From Octopus sinensis (Eukaryota): 64,000 nt of DNA. Numbering within the stretch: the stretch's first letter is position 1; the number at the start of each line of letters is the position of its first letter. The stretch lies in contig NC_043005.1 in NCBI RefSeq assembly GCF_006345805.1, forward strand, positions 84,258,001 to 84,322,000, given 5' to 3'. This document shows positions 60,870-64,000 of the stretch, one piece after another. A model generated the notes under the pieces. The model was not told the DNA's origin and ran no database searches. It saw only the letters and a program-made list of their open reading frames with translations. The translations under genes were made by a program, and so were the position numbers.

Positions 60870-61550
60870 GCTCGATTACATGGTTTCAGGTTCAGTCCCA
60901 CTGTGTGACACCTTTCGGCAAGTGTATTCTGCTATAGCCCAGGGCTGACTAAAACCTTGCATGTGGATTTGGTAGATGGAAATTTCTCTTGTGCATATAC
61001 ATGTGTGTAAAATTTCATAGTATTTGCGTAAGCATGCATGTCCATACTTACGCGAATACTATGAACCTTTTTACCCCCCTTATACACACGCAGTGGGCTT
61101 CTTTCAGTTTCCATCTACCAAATTCACTCACAAGGCTTTGGTCAGCCTGAGGCTAGAGTAGAAAACACTTAAACACTTGCCCAAGGTGCCATGCAGTGGG
61201 GCTGAACCCAGAACCATGTGGTTGAGAAGCACCTGTGCTTTTGTGTGTGTGTCTGTATTCTTTTATTCTTTTACTTGTTTCAGTCACTTGACTGTGACCA
61301 TGCTGGAGCACTGCCTTTAGTCGATCAAATCAATTCCAGGACTTATTCTTTATAAGCCTAGTATTTATCCTATCAGTCTCTTTTGCCAAACTACTATGTT
61401 ATGGGGGACGTAAACACACCAACATCTGTTGTCAAGTGATGGTGGTGGTGGGGGGGACAAACACAGATACACAAATATATGCACACACACATATATATAT
61501 GACGGGCTTCTTTCAATTTCCATCTACCAAATCCACTCACAATATATATT
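60870..61550. mobile_element. Three partial SINE family A copies (+ 60870-60990; - 61090-61235; - 61255-61550)
   Basis: A head, body and tail motifs in each. Confidence 0.82.
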
Positions 61551-62549
61551 TATATAGAGAGAGAGCAAGAGAGAGAGAGAGAGAGGGAGAAAGCGAGAGA
61601 GTCTTTGTGATTCAAACATTGGTCAAACATTTCTAGCACTGAGTCAAGACAAGGAGACACAACCAGAATGTAAGAAGCTAGCATAGAAATGGTTTTGAGA
61701 ATAAGAGTGGCTCAGAGAAACAAAGACCATTGTGGCAGTGGCAAAAGAGACAGGAATTGAACACAGCGTGCTGGTTTGGGAAGGTTTGTTTATCAGTGAG
61801 ATGGTCATGCTTGAAATGTAGTGTAACATGTCTGTATATGTACCAACTAATTCACAAACCACCTGGACTAGAATCCTTTACACAACTTCCTGCTGTCTCC
61901 TTTTAACAAGCACTTTCATTCACATGGCTTTCTGCTGTTATCTGTCTCTGGAAGTATTCTGTCTCAGAAGTAATCTAGTTTATTACTAACTAATATTACT
62001 TTCCTTTTTCTCCGTATCACATCCTATTTTAACATTTATATCTTCCCATCCTTAAGTACGTTTCCATTCAACCATGAACAGTGACACACACATGGCTTCT
62101 TAAACTAATTTTTACTTTCCATTGGCTTCACCTCCATCCTTGTTTGCCATTCACTTCGTTCACCTCTACCCTTGTCTCTAACCATCTGCCATTCTCCTCT
62201 CAAACTCTTGCCAGCTTACCCATCCACCATTCCCCGATCCTCTGGCTGTATTCTCTCTTGAAGCTCTGTTCTGTCTTGTGAGTGCTCTGACATCTCATCA
62301 CCACCATCTTCATCATCTTCCCAGCTACTCTTATCCACTCTTTTCAAATGCAGGCTAACCATGTAACTCCCCTGCAGAAAGACATCTGTGCCTATATCTC
62401 TGTCATACTTTAACCCCTTATCATCTGACCTCTCTGCAACACCCACGCTCAGCTGAGTGGGGCTTCCTTTTTGTGAGTTACTTAGTGACCTTACTAGTGC
62501 TGGTGTCCCCCAACCCCAAGAGAAACAAAAGCACCCAATGCAATCTGTA

Positions 62550-63517
62550 CAGGGTTGCCAATTCTAAATTTAAAAATCATCTAATAGAAGAGGAAACTAC
62601 CAGAAGAAAGGAAAAAAATCCCTTTTTTAGGTGTAAAAATCAAAAGATTTATATTAAAAAGTTTCAACTCAAAATAATATAAATGTAATTTTATTTTTAC
62701 TCCATAATATTTTGGAAGATTTCGCAATTAATTCCTTAGCATGTAGAATCCATAATTTCACGTGATTGATAAGCATCCGTGGATCCAAGTTTCTTTAACA
62801 ATTTACCTGGGAATTTAGAATCATAAAAATATTTACCAATTTGTTTCAATTCATATTTGATGCTCAAGATTTCTCTTAGAGTTTCTCTGCTTGGATGATT
62901 ATCCTCATTTAATTTCCTTAAAATTCTTGTGGCTAAATACTCTCTCCACATCAACATTCGCATGTGATAAATTTGGAAGAGTTAAAGTTAACTTAAGACA
63001 AATGCTCAAATGGATTTCTCCCAGGTGAATGCCAATGCACTGTTAGTTTAATCCAGAAAGGAACTGTGTGACAAATCTGTCCATTGTGTATTTAAAAGAA
63101 AAAAAAAATTCTGTTGAAAATCAGTTTTTGTCAGAATCTCTGAATTTTTATTAAATTGCATTGCAAGGTCAATAATTCTAGGTTGTATTGATTTTAGGCA
63201 TTCTGTTACACTAAAATAACTCACTGATTGTAAAAGGTGAATATTCTCTGGAAGACACCGTTTAATTTGCTTCAAGACTTCCACAACAAATTGAATACAT
63301 CAGCTTTTTAACTCATTTTCTCCTTGGTCAATAAATTTAAATTCTGAGATTCCCTTCTCAAATCGATTACCTGGATATGGCTTTATATCTAAATAACCCT
63401 GCTCTGAATAATTTCCATTTAGCTGCTTTCCTGATTTTATAATTACTGAACTGAGCAAATCACAGAACTGCTGAAGGTCATTCAATAATTTAACGAGGTT
63501 TTGTAAATGGGATAGTG
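62550..63517 (-). mobile_element. hAT DNA transposon remnant: right terminus plus C-terminal half of the transposase
   Basis: Putative TIR CAGGGTTGCCA at 62550; coding remnant truncated by SINE B at about 63520. Confidence 0.75.
62736..63517 (-). pseudogene. hAT transposase C-terminal region (dimerisation domain), disrupted
   Basis: Across frameshifts: KLLNDL..KPYPGNRFE..CIQFVVEVLKQIKRCLPENIHLL..FW..GRNPFEHL..LSHANVDVERVFS..TLREILSIKYELK..KKLGSTDAY; compare the hAT FW..NPF..L.LP.SNA.VER.FS motif. Confidence 0.8.
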
Positions 63518-63519
63518 GG

Positions 63520-63990
63520 ATATTCTTTTCTACTCTAGGCACAAGGCCCCGAAATTTTTGTGGAGGAGGCCAGTCGATTAGATCGACCCTAGTGCTCAAC
63601 TGGTACTTAATTTATCGACCCCTAAAGGATGAAAGGCAAAGTCGACCTCAAGGGAATTTGAACTCTGAACGTAAAGATAGATGAAATACTGCTAAGCATT
63701 TCACCCGGCGTGCTAACGATTCTGCCAGTTCACCACTTTAAGAGAAATGGTTGGATATTATCAAAACAATCAGTTTTTCTGCAATAGGCACAAAGTCTTA
63801 AATTTTGGGGAAGGGAGTTAGCCAATTACATCAAGCCCAGTGCATAACTGGTAATTATTTTAATGACCCTGAGAGGTTGAAAAGCAAAGCTGGCCTCAAC
63901 AGAACTTATGCTTAGAACACAAAGATGGACGAAATGCTGCAAAGCATTTTACCCTGTCTGCTAACAATTCTGCAAGTACACTGCTGCCTT
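63520..63990 (-). mobile_element. Two SINE family B (tail type 2) copies
   Basis: ttctactctaggcacaagg..ggcaaagtcgacc..(63520-63735) and ggcacaaagtc..(63770-63990). Confidence 0.88.
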
Positions 63991-64000
63991 AACAACAACA

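Overview
AT-rich eukaryotic (non-prokaryotic) genomic DNA dominated by retroposons, MITEs and long microsatellites. The repeat families look like those of an Octopus genome; this is my recognition of the sequences, not a database result. I cannot support any host protein-coding exon, rRNA, intact tRNA or CRISPR array, so the window is probably intronic or intergenic. Almost all ORFs in the track are translations of microsatellites or SINE-internal repeats. Protein-coding remnants of mobile origin: a 5'-truncated Tx1/L1-clade LINE (17404-18728, -), a Penelope-like element with GIY-YIG domain and inverted terminal copy (20430-21745), a CR1/L2-group LINE 3' end (43715-43975, -), and a decayed hAT transposase with one terminus (62550-63517, -). 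SINE families, labelled here for convenience: A (tRNA head, central microsatellite), B (tRNA head, two alternative tails), C and G ((GAT)n tail, RTE-like), D and E (tRNA heads). Also present: piggyBac-type, hAT-type and Tc1/mariner-type MITEs, a non-autonomous Helitron, and recent tandem duplications. The most interesting signal is a set of about ten minimal type-I hammerhead-ribozyme motifs in at least six unrelated contexts. Several sit in outward-facing inverted pairs, one lies in a tRNA-headed SINE, and one has an 87-nt expansion of domain II. A second notable signal is that the young subfamily of SINE B carries the 3' end of the Tx1-like LINE. Coordinates were read by eye and repeat boundaries are approximate (about +/-10 bp unless a TSD or TIR fixes them).
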